Source: a virus. Taken from it: a DNA stretch of 41,385 nt. A program made the translations under genes and the position numbers. Where the stretch lies: IMG/VR virus record IMGVR_UViG_3300031951_000404; one strand, written 5' to 3'. Below, in pieces: positions 33,756 through 40,474 of the stretch. Position 1 is the first letter of the stretch; every line of letters starts with the position of its first letter. Below the pieces are notes generated by a model that did no database searches, was not told where the DNA came from, and saw nothing but the letters and a program-made list of their open reading frames with translations.

Positions 33756-33836
33756 AAGCGGCACTGCACACAATAACGTTCAGCCCACGATAATCCTGAA
33801 TTACATCATCAAGACCTAATTGCGACAGTATGGGGG

Positions 33837-34100
33837 TTGTTCATGGCACCATCGGAAGTTGATACGGCCTCGCGCATTGTCAGGCTGGAAACCAAGTTGG
33901 ACTTTATCATTGAGCGCATAGACCGTCTTCCGCCGTCTCCCGTTTGCGTGGCCAAGCATAAGGAGATTGAAGACAGGCTTTTCCTTTTTGAAAACGGCTC
34001 AATCGCATGGCGCAACCGCCTTGTTGGCGGGCTGTTGATAATCAACATTGCGCTTGTGGTTGCGATGGACAAGATCAGGGCGTTTTTCTTCGGCCAATGA
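33837..34100 (+). CDS. Tail-anchored membrane protein (coiled coil + C-terminal TM)
   Basis: The C-terminus is LVGGLLIINIALVVAMDKI. Confidence 0.5.
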   Translation: MFMAPSEVDTASRIVRLETKLDFIIERIDRLPPSPVCVAKHKEIEDRLFLFENGSIAWRNRLVGGLLIINIALVVAMDKIRAFFFGQ

Positions 34101-34339
34101 GGAAGATACGGATTGCCCGCAAACGCAATCCAAGGGTTTGGGGCCTCGCCTTCCCTGACGAGTGGCGGATAGAACTCGACCCCGAATTGCACGACAAGAC
34201 CCTCATCGACATCGCCACGCATGAAGTGGCGCATGTTGTTATTCCTGATCTGGACGAAAGTGCAGTGGACCGCCTCGGCAAGCATGTGGCCGACGTTCTT
34301 TGGCGACTTGGCTTCCGACGCGAAGACGATGGAGAATGA
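34097..34339 (+). CDS. Small HExxH protein (80 aa), putative minimal zinc metallopeptidase
   Basis: ATGA overlap. IATHEVAHVVIPDLDE contains the HExxH motif. Confidence 0.45.
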   Translation: MRKIRIARKRNPRVWGLAFPDEWRIELDPELHDKTLIDIATHEVAHVVIPDLDESAVDRLGKHVADVLWRLGFRREDDGE

Positions 34340-35356
34340 ATGCCTAAGCGATATTCTGATGAGGAATTTATCAGCGCATGGAAGCGGCTCGGTTCACCGA
34401 AAAGCGTTGCAGATGCGTTACAGCTTGATCTGCGCAGCGTCTACCTACGGCGGAACAGCATCGAAGCACGGCACGGCATCGTTCTTGAAACACTGACGGA
34501 AGGCTGCGGCGGAAGGCCAAAGGTCACGGTTCCCAAGCAAGGCTTTCGCGCCATATCCGACAATATCAAGGGAACGGTCATCATCGGGTCAGACGGCCAT
34601 TTCTGGCCAGGAGAGCGCAGTGTAGCCTTTGCCGCGATGGTGGAGTTAATCCGCGAACTTTCCCCGAAAATGGTCATTATGAACGGCGACAGCTTCGACG
34701 GAGCCCGCATTTCCCGGCACCTTCCCGGCGGGTGGGCCAACATGCCAGACGTTGCCGACGAACTGGACGCGGTGCGGGAACGCCACGGCGAGATTGAGGC
34801 GGTTGCCCCTGCCGGGTGTCCACTGATCTGGCCCGCCGGGAACCACGATAGCCGTTTCGGTGCGAGGCTTGCCCAAGGGGCTCCTGAATATATCCGCGTC
34901 AAGGGCTTCGACATTGCCGACCATTTCCCGGCGTGGCAATTCTGCTGGTCGATCTGGCTGAACAATCACACGGTTGTGAAGCACCGATACCACCAAGGGC
35001 TACACGCCGGATACCAGAACACGCTCAAGAGCGGAAAGAACATCGTCACCGGGCACACTCATTCGATGGGCTCGACCATGTGGGCGGATTACAATGGCGT
35101 CCGCTGGGGCGTGCAGACCGGGACGCTCTCCGAGATGGGGCCGGAAACGGACAAGTTCGCCTATGCGGAGGATAATCCGGCAAACCACTCGCAGGGCTGT
35201 GCAATTTTGACCTTTGCAGACAACGGAATGTTGCTGGAGCCTGAGTTCTGTCGCGTCATCAACGGGACGGCATATTTCCGTGGGCAAGCCATCTGTTCCG
35301 TGGGCGGAAAAAACAAAATATTGCCGCAAAAGGCTGCTAGGGAAAAGGCGGCATGA
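34340..35356 (+). CDS. Calcineurin-like metallophosphoesterase with N-terminal HTH-like segment
   Basis: All five motifs are in order: SDGH, NGDSFDG, AGNHDS, KHRYH, TGHTHS. Confidence 0.8.
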   Translation: MPKRYSDEEFISAWKRLGSPKSVADALQLDLRSVYLRRNSIEARHGIVLETLTEGCGGRPKVTVPKQGFRAISDNIKGTVIIGSDGHFWPGERSVAFAAMVELIRELSPKMVIMNGDSFDGARISRHLPGGWANMPDVADELDAVRERHGEIEAVAPAGCPLIWPAGNHDSRFGARLAQGAPEYIRVKGFDIADHFPAWQFCWSIWLNNHTVVKHRYHQGLHAGYQNTLKSGKNIVTGHTHSMGSTMWADYNGVRWGVQTGTLSEMGPETDKFAYAEDNPANHSQGCAILTFADNGMLLEPEFCRVINGTAYFRGQAICSVGGKNKILPQKAAREKAA

Positions 35357-35787
35357 GCATCATTCCCGCGCCTCCGCTAGTGATTGTTGAATCACCATTC
35401 CGCGCGACGGAATACTATTCTCAAGAGCAACATCGCCTATACCTCCTGCACGCCCTTGCCGACTGTTACCAGCGCGGAGAGGCACCATTCGCAAGCCACC
35501 ATCTCGCAACCGAAGTGCTGGACGATGACACGCCATACGAACGTGCGCTCGGCATCCGCTGCGGGCTTGCATGGGGCGTCCACGCCTCGCTAGTGGCTAT
35601 CTACAGTGACCTCGGCGTAGGACCAGGAATGAAGGAAGCAATCGACCATTATAAAAAGCTCGACAAACCGATTGAGTGGCGTTCGTTGCCGGATCGGATA
35701 GTCAGGGCTGTTCGCGCATTCGGGGAGTTCACACTAGAGGAAGCCACGGATGAAGATATGGATTATCCTAGCGGCGCTGCTGTTTAG
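35353..35787 (+). CDS. DUF4406 / nucleoside 2-deoxyribosyltransferase-like protein (tentative)
   Basis: VIVESPFRA...APFASHHL...DDD...SLVAIYSDLGVGPGMKEAI resembles the Rossmann-like DUF4406 pattern. ATGA overlap. Confidence 0.4.
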   Translation: MSIIPAPPLVIVESPFRATEYYSQEQHRLYLLHALADCYQRGEAPFASHHLATEVLDDDTPYERALGIRCGLAWGVHASLVAIYSDLGVGPGMKEAIDHYKKLDKPIEWRSLPDRIVRAVRAFGEFTLEEATDEDMDYPSGAAV

Positions 35788-36115
35788 CGCGACTGCGGCA
35801 AGCGCGCATGAATGGTATGGGAAAAGACGCGACCCCATATTCAACATGACCACTTGCTGCGGCGGAACGGACTGCGCTCCTCTCCCGGCTCATGCCATTT
35901 CCATCACGCCAGACGGCCAACTCCGCGTCACGCTGAGTGTCGAGGAAGCCCGCGCCATCAACCCAATTCGGCGCTATGGCTTCGACCGCATCATTGAATA
36001 CGACCGCATCCAGATCAGCGAAGACGGCCAGCCCCACATCTGCCTTATGGCGCATGATTTAGAGGGCGACCCACGCGAGGGGTACTACTGCGTATTTTTG
36101 CCGCCAACGGGCTGA
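35750..36115 (+). CDS. Secreted hypothetical protein (signal peptide MKIWIILAALLFSATAASA/HE)
   Basis: Classic n-h-c signal with an AxA site. 121 aa with 5 Cys in the mature part. Confidence 0.6.
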   Translation: MKIWIILAALLFSATAASAHEWYGKRRDPIFNMTTCCGGTDCAPLPAHAISITPDGQLRVTLSVEEARAINPIRRYGFDRIIEYDRIQISEDGQPHICLMAHDLEGDPREGYYCVFLPPTG

Positions 36116-36119
36116 CCCT

Positions 36120-37388
36120 ATGCAGATACATCGCGGCGATTGCCTAGACGTTCTCCGCACCATGCCAGCGGATAGCATTGACGCCATTGTGACCGATCCG
36201 CCCTATGGCCTCGCGTTCATGGGCAAGAGATGGGATTATGACGTTCCGTCCGTGGAGATATGGGCGGAATGTCTGCGAGTTCTGAAGCCGGGTGGGCATC
36301 TACTGGCCTTTGCTGGCACGCGGACGCAACACCGGATGGCGGTCCGCATTGAAGACGCGGGCTTTGAAATTCGCGACATGATCGCGTGGGTTTATGGCAG
36401 CGGGTTTCCGAAGTCGCACGACGCGGCGCAATCCGTCGAGAAGCTTCTCACTACCGGAACGGCGCGGCGGCCCGATAGAGACCTCGGCGGGCTTCCGCGT
36501 GACAGATGGTCCGGTTCCGTTGAGGGCGGTCTTATTGCAGACACGGGCGGAAAAATTGGACTCACAACCGACGCCGCCCGCCAATGGCAAGGCTGGGGCA
36601 CAGCCCTAAAACCCGCACTAGAGCCGATCACCGTTGCCCGAAAACCGCTCATCGGCACCGTGGCCGAGAACGTGCTGGCGCATGGCACGGGTGCGCTGAA
36701 TATCGACGGGTGCAGGGTGGAGGGCGCGCCGCCAAGTGTTCCGCAGCCGGTTTTCAACAGCCCGACAGGTCGCACATACGGCATGAAAACGGGCGAAGGT
36801 CGAAATGGCGAAGTGTCCGCAGCATCTGGCCGCTGGCCTGCCAACCTGATCCACGACGGCAGCGAGGAAGTGCTGGCGGGGTTTCCTGCGGCACGGAGTG
36901 CGGGGAACTATCCTAGCGACAGCGCGGCGCGCGACGGCATTACGACTTTCGGTGGCAAGCAGGGCCAGCTTTATGCTGACTCCGGCAGCGCGGCCCGTTT
37001 CTTCTACTGCGCCAAGGCAAGCAAGCGGGACCGTGACGAGGGGCTGGAGCACATGCAGGCCGTGCACCGTGTCAACGGCAACAAGTGGACAGATCAAGAC
37101 TACCGCGTAACCAATGGCGAGCGCCCGGCATCCGCTGAATCCGGCCCGCGCAAGAACATCCATCCCACGGTAAAACCCACCGACCTGATGCGCTACCTGT
37201 GCCGCCTTGTCACCCCGCCCGGCGGCGTGGTGCTTGACCCGTTCATGGGTTCCGGATCGACAGGCAAGGCGGCGGTGCTTGAAGACTTCCGGTTTATCGG
37301 CATTGAGCGGGAAAAACAATATTTGGCAATCGCCAAGGCGCGAATTGCGCACAGTCAGGCCACTCCAAAGCAAGAGGCGCTATTGTGA
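36120..37388 (+). CDS. DNA methyltransferase, N4/N6 beta-class (DPPY)
   Basis: IVTDPPYGL near the N-terminus. HPTVKPTDLMRYLCRLVTPPGGVVLDPFMGSGSTGKAA near the C-terminus. 422 aa with a large central insert. Confidence 0.9.
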   Translation: MQIHRGDCLDVLRTMPADSIDAIVTDPPYGLAFMGKRWDYDVPSVEIWAECLRVLKPGGHLLAFAGTRTQHRMAVRIEDAGFEIRDMIAWVYGSGFPKSHDAAQSVEKLLTTGTARRPDRDLGGLPRDRWSGSVEGGLIADTGGKIGLTTDAARQWQGWGTALKPALEPITVARKPLIGTVAENVLAHGTGALNIDGCRVEGAPPSVPQPVFNSPTGRTYGMKTGEGRNGEVSAASGRWPANLIHDGSEEVLAGFPAARSAGNYPSDSAARDGITTFGGKQGQLYADSGSAARFFYCAKASKRDRDEGLEHMQAVHRVNGNKWTDQDYRVTNGERPASAESGPRKNIHPTVKPTDLMRYLCRLVTPPGGVVLDPFMGSGSTGKAAVLEDFRFIGIEREKQYLAIAKARIAHSQATPKQEALL

Positions 37389-37651
37389 AACTCATCCTCG
37401 CCGCCCTTCTCCTCGTTCAGCAATCCCCCTGCGGCCCTACGGGACAGGTTGAGGCCCGTATCGTGGCGCAGTACGGGGAAAGCATCGTGGGCGCTGGCGT
37501 GGTGCCTGGGGGCATCCTGTTCATTACCAGCAACCCGGACTCGGGAAGCTTCACAATAATGCTCCGCAAGCCAGACGGCACAACTTGTGTTCTGCTCGGC
37601 GGCAAGGGATACGCGACACAAGACGCAGTGAAAAAGGGGTTGCCGATTTGA
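37385..37651 (+). CDS. Small secreted protein (GTG start)
   Basis: N-terminus MKLILAALLLVQQSPCG. GTGA overlap upstream and TTGA overlap downstream. Confidence 0.5.
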   Translation: MKLILAALLLVQQSPCGPTGQVEARIVAQYGESIVGAGVVPGGILFITSNPDSGSFTIMLRKPDGTTCVLLGGKGYATQDAVKKGLPI

Positions 37652-38085
37652 ACCGCAAAAAGACTAACTGGCTCGTCATCCATTGCAGCGCAACCCGCGC
37701 CATTCAGGACGTGGGCGCGAAGGACATTCGCCGCTGGCATGTGGAGGGCAACGGCTGGTCGGATATTGGCTATCATTTCGTGATCCGCAGATCCGGCAAG
37801 GTCGAGACGGGCCGCCCGCTTGAGAGCATCGGAACGCATGTGCAGGGCCACAATACCGACTCGATAGGCATCTGCCTTGTGGGCGGCCTGAACAACGCGA
37901 CATTCAAGCCTGAGAACAATTACACGGTCCAGCAGCGGGACGCGCTCAAGAAGCTGCTTGCCTCGTTGCTCAAGAAATACCCACGCGCCAAAGTTCTAGG
38001 GCATCGGGATTTTTCCGGCGTCCAGAAAGCCTGCCCCTGTTTCAATGCAAAACCCTGGGCCAAGAAAAACGGCCTTCCAACATAG
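37648..38085 (+). CDS. Endolysin: N-acetylmuramoyl-L-alanine amidase (T7 lysozyme / PGRP type)
   Basis: TNWLVIHCSAT, GWSDIGYHFVI, NTDSIGICLVGG and VLGHRDF...KACPCF. The TTG start at 37648 overlaps the upstream TGA and aligns with the T7 lysozyme N-terminus. Confidence 0.9.
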   Translation: MNRKKTNWLVIHCSATRAIQDVGAKDIRRWHVEGNGWSDIGYHFVIRRSGKVETGRPLESIGTHVQGHNTDSIGICLVGGLNNATFKPENNYTVQQRDALKKLLASLLKKYPRAKVLGHRDFSGVQKACPCFNAKPWAKKNGLPT

Positions 38086-38096
38086 GAGTTAGTCGA

Positions 38097-38270
38097 ATGA
38101 ATTGGGACACTATCCAGCAGTTGCTCCGCATCCTGATGCAAGTCGGCGCGGGTATGCTCGTTTCCAAGGGCCTCATCACCGCAGAGATGGGCGTTACTCT
38201 CGTCGGCGCGGTTGTCAGCCTTGGCGGCATCGCGTGGTGGGTTCTTTGGGACCGTAAGCGGGTCGTGTAA
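38097..38270 (+). CDS. Putative holin (57 aa, not in the ORF track)
   Basis: Hand translation gives MNWDTIQQLLRILMQVGAGMLVSKGLITAEMGVTLVGAVVSLGGIAWWVLWDRKRVV. Two hydrophobic segments and a basic C-terminus. TAGGAG lies 9 nt upstream. Directly follows the endolysin. Confidence 0.6.
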   Translation: MNWDTIQQLLRILMQVGAGMLVSKGLITAEMGVTLVGAVVSLGGIAWWVLWDRKRVV

Positions 38271-38518
38271 TGTCAGAGGGGCTTATCGTCTCTGCCCTGG
38301 TTGTGGCGGTGCTGCTCGGAGTGGGCAGCGCCGCCTTTCTCGTTATGCGTTCCCCCGCGTTTTGGGGGGATGTGGGCAAGGAGCTATTCAGCAAGGCTTG
38401 GCCTCAGATATGGGCGGTTCTGTCCAAGCGCATGGACCCCGAGGCGGAAGCCCGGTGGCGCGAGTGTGAGCGCCGGGGCGGAAGGTGGGACCATCGGCGC
38501 AAGCGGTGTGACCGCTAG
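38270..38518 (+). CDS. N-terminal-TM protein (spanin/antiholin-like), last gene of the + strand block
   Basis: TAATG overlap with the holin. LIVSALVVAVLLGVGSAAFLV TM segment followed by an Arg-rich tail. Confidence 0.5.
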   Translation: MSEGLIVSALVVAVLLGVGSAAFLVMRSPAFWGDVGKELFSKAWPQIWAVLSKRMDPEAEARWRECERRGGRWDHRRKRCDR

Positions 38519-38797
38519 TCAGTCATCGTTGCTCTCCGTGAGGGGGAGGATGATGGCGGGGGTTCCGCTGCGCCCTGTTTCAAAGAATTGTTCAGACCAT
38601 TTCATCTGCATCCCCGGCCACGCCTCCAGCATGGCAAGGCAAGCGGCTTCGATCACCGGAGCGACCTGTTCCCACTGCGCGATAGTCTTGCGGTGCAGCG
38701 TCTGTCGCAGTTTCTTGTCGGGGTCGCCACCATTGAACAGGACGGCGCTCCTCGCAGCCGCCTCCAGCGCCTTGGGCGGGATGGTGATGTTAGTCAT
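38519..38797 (-). CDS. Hypothetical protein (92 aa)
   Basis: Last gene of a leftward accessory operon. Its stop abuts the stop of the convergent + strand gene. Confidence 0.55.
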   Translation of the reverse strand: MTNITIPPKALEAAARSAVLFNGGDPDKKLRQTLHRKTIAQWEQVAPVIEAACLAMLEAWPGMQMKWSEQFFETGRSGTPAIILPLTESNDD

Positions 38798-38895
38798 ACT
38801 GTGCCTCCCACGTCATCGCCAAAGATTGCCATGAATAATCCGAATGCTGCGCTCCCAGCCACAATAACCAAAATGCCTATAATCACGTCAATCAT
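38794..38895 (-). CDS. Micro-ORF, 33-aa single-TM peptide MIDVIIGILVIVAGSAAFGLFMAIFGDDVGGTV
   Basis: Translated codon by codon by hand. TGATG overlap upstream and ATGA overlap downstream. Confidence 0.35.
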   Translation of the reverse strand: MIDVIIGILVIVAGSAAFGLFMAIFGDDVGGTV

Positions 38896-39152
38896 CACTC
38901 CCCTCCCTTGGGCTGTGTGAGGGCGGCGCGGGCTTTTGTCAGTGGGAGGCTCTCGCCGCAGAAGTCTGCATGGTGTAAGTCTTCCGTCAGTTCCTTTTCG
39001 CAGTTGTGTGTGTGGTCTATTAGTTCACGCAGCGCCCCCTCCAGTTCCTTCACGCGGGCGGTGAGGCGGGTGATCTCGTCTGCCGCCCTGTCGCATAGGT
39101 CTTCCATGTCGACGTAAGGACCGTGACGCAGTTCGTTAACGAGGTCACTCAT
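38895..39152 (-). CDS. Hypothetical coiled-coil protein with His/Cys cluster (85 aa)
   Basis: GAGAGGA lies 7 nt upstream of the ATG. Contains HTHNCEKELTEDLHHADFC. Confidence 0.55.
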   Translation of the reverse strand: MSDLVNELRHGPYVDMEDLCDRAADEITRLTARVKELEGALRELIDHTHNCEKELTEDLHHADFCGESLPLTKARAALTQPKGGE

Positions 39153-39166
39153 CTGCTGTCCTCTCT

Positions 39167-39352
39167 GGTGCGGGAGCCTCTAAAGATACCGCAAGCAATT
39201 CAATAGGCCGCTTACGATAGGTGCGGGGGCTCAAGTCATTGACTCGCATCAAATATTTCAGTCCTGCCGGGGTCGCCATCTCTATTTTACATCTCTTGTT
39301 TTCAGTGGGTTAGCATCAGGTGCGGGAGCCGTGGGTATAGGGTGCGGGAGAG
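39167..39352. promoter_or_regulatory. Four direct copies of GGTGCGGG(A/G)G in one intergenic region
   Basis: Copies at 39167-39178, 39220-39230, 39319-39330 and 39341-39352, all in the same orientation. They lie in the 209-bp gap between the HTH gene and the 85-aa gene. Confidence 0.5.
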
Positions 39353-39361
39353 CTCCGTTCC

Positions 39362-39544
39362 TCATTTGATCGGCGGCAGCCCGTGAGCGATGGCCGCGCA
39401 GGCAAGGGCAATGGACGGCGGAATGCTTGCGGAACCGTCTAGGTATCTGTCCAGCGTAGAGCGGGCGATGCCAAGAGCGGAAGCCGCCTGCGTCTTGTTC
39501 AGATGCAAGCGGGCCATCCATGCGGTGAGGGCGGTGGGGGTCAT
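39362..39544 (-). CDS. Small XRE/Cro-type HTH protein (60 aa)
   Basis: LNKTQAASALGIARSTLDRYLDG is an HTH. Its ATG overlaps the upstream stop (ATGA). Confidence 0.65.
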   Translation of the reverse strand: MTPTALTAWMARLHLNKTQAASALGIARSTLDRYLDGSASIPPSIALACAAIAHGLPPIK

Positions 39545-39795
39545 TGGGGGTAGTGCCACTTGTCGCGGCTGGGGTCGCGGCGCTCGGCATCGCGGGCATT
39601 AGCGGCCGCACCTTCGGCTGAATTGTCGAAGCAGTCCGCGTGATAGCCCGTGCTGCTCCTGGGCCACTTTTCCAAAACAATATTAGAGTGGTCCTGAATG
39701 ATGCAGCGGCAAGTGCCACAACGAAAACGATGAGCGCGCTTAGACGGATTGAAAACCCAATCAGAAATGCGGATGATGCTAGAGCGACGTTTCAT
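39541..39795 (-). CDS. Hypothetical small protein with a CxxC...HxxC motif (84 aa)
   Basis: AAGGGAG lies 8 nt upstream. Contains RFRCGTCRC...GYHADC. Confidence 0.5.
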   Translation of the reverse strand: MKRRSSIIRISDWVFNPSKRAHRFRCGTCRCIIQDHSNIVLEKWPRSSTGYHADCFDNSAEGAAANARDAERRDPSRDKWHYPQ

Positions 39796-39822
39796 CTGCG
39801 TATCTCCCTTGTTGATACACAA

Positions 39823-39851
39823 TACATAGCACGCCCCTGTAGCGATTGCAA
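39823..39851 (-). promoter_or_regulatory. Candidate leftward promoter of the small-gene/HTH cassette
   Basis: On the minus strand: TTGCAA, 17 nt, TATGTA. This has the same -35 hexamer as the early leftward promoter. The inverted repeat GTATC-N9-GATAC (39800-39818) lies between the -10 and the ATG. Confidence 0.4.
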
Positions 39852-39859
39852 CTCTTATC

Positions 39860-40105
39860 TTAGCCAGACGTTCGATTTAATACAATCAACCCCGCAGCAA
39901 CCGCCGCATTGCGCCGCCTGTCGGCCTCGCGGGTGTACAGTTCCGCCTCGGTTAACCGCTTCCATCCGTACATGCTCATAAGCTGGTGCGCCGTGGCCCC
40001 GCCTTCCGCGGCGATGGTCGCCCCGGCCTTGCGGAGCCCGTGCAGACGGCCAGGAACCCCAGCCGCCACACAGGCCGCCCGGAACCAGTTTCCAAGGCTG
40101 GCGGC
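39860..40105 (-). pseudogene. int: Tyrosine recombinase (integrase) C-terminal remnant
   Basis: 81 codons: AASLGNWFRAACVAAGVPGRLHGLRKAGATIAAEGGATAHQLMSMYGWKRLTEAELYTREADRRR. The HxxR box and catalytic Tyr are present. About 250 N-terminal residues, including the first catalytic Arg, are absent from the whole genome. Confidence 0.8.
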
Positions 40106-40474
40106 TCATCTTTCCACTACACTCCCGTCCATCTTGCGTTTCCATTTTGAGGCTTTGGAACCGGGAAGCGGGTTCCGCGTTTCCCGAACCCCCGCATGTT
40201 TGTCCCGCTGCCGTACCGTCTTGGCAGCCAGGGGCGTGTCATGCTTCGCGCTCTTGTGCTTATGGCAGCGCGGGCAAACAGCAAGGCAATTATCAAGAGA
40301 ACTGTCCCGGCTATTGGCCCATAGAATGTGATGATCAAACTCGACTCCGTAACCAAGATCAGCTTGACAGCGTGTGGCATCTGGTAGCCCATAGAGTTGA
40401 CCTGTGGCCTCGCACTTCCGCCCAGATCGCTCCAGGGCCTCGCGCTTGACCTGTGTGGAAAAGTTGCGGCTCAA
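40106..40474 (-). CDS. HNH endonuclease (122 aa, TTG start)
   Basis: SRNFSTQVKREALERSGRKCE...VEFDHHILWANSRDSSLDNCLAVCPRCHKHKS. The TTG overlaps the TGA of the upstream Gly-Tyr ORF (TTGA). The track's 250-aa version adds an Arg-Leu repeat, which I reject. Confidence 0.75.
   Translation of the reverse strand: MSRNFSTQVKREALERSGRKCEATGQLYGLPDATRCQADLGYGVEFDHHILWANSRDSSLDNCLAVCPRCHKHKSAKHDTPLAAKTVRQRDKHAGVRETRNPLPGSKASKWKRKMDGSVVER

Noticed and set aside
33809-34285. 158-aa minus-strand ORF
   Set aside because: The + strand alternatives (87 aa with a C-terminal TM, and 80 aa with HExxH) are ATGA-coupled to each other and to downstream genes. The minus-strand product has no motif.
36618-37373. 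251-aa minus-strand ORF
   Set aside because: It is antisense to the DPPY DNA methyltransferase, whose motifs are unambiguous.
39181-39300. A sigma70 promoter for the 85-aa/33-aa/92-aa leftward genes inside the GGTGCGGGAG region
   Set aside because: Several TTGA-type hexamers and a TAAAAT are present, but none has acceptable -35/-10 spacing on the minus strand. These genes may be co-transcribed from the promoter at 39823-39851.
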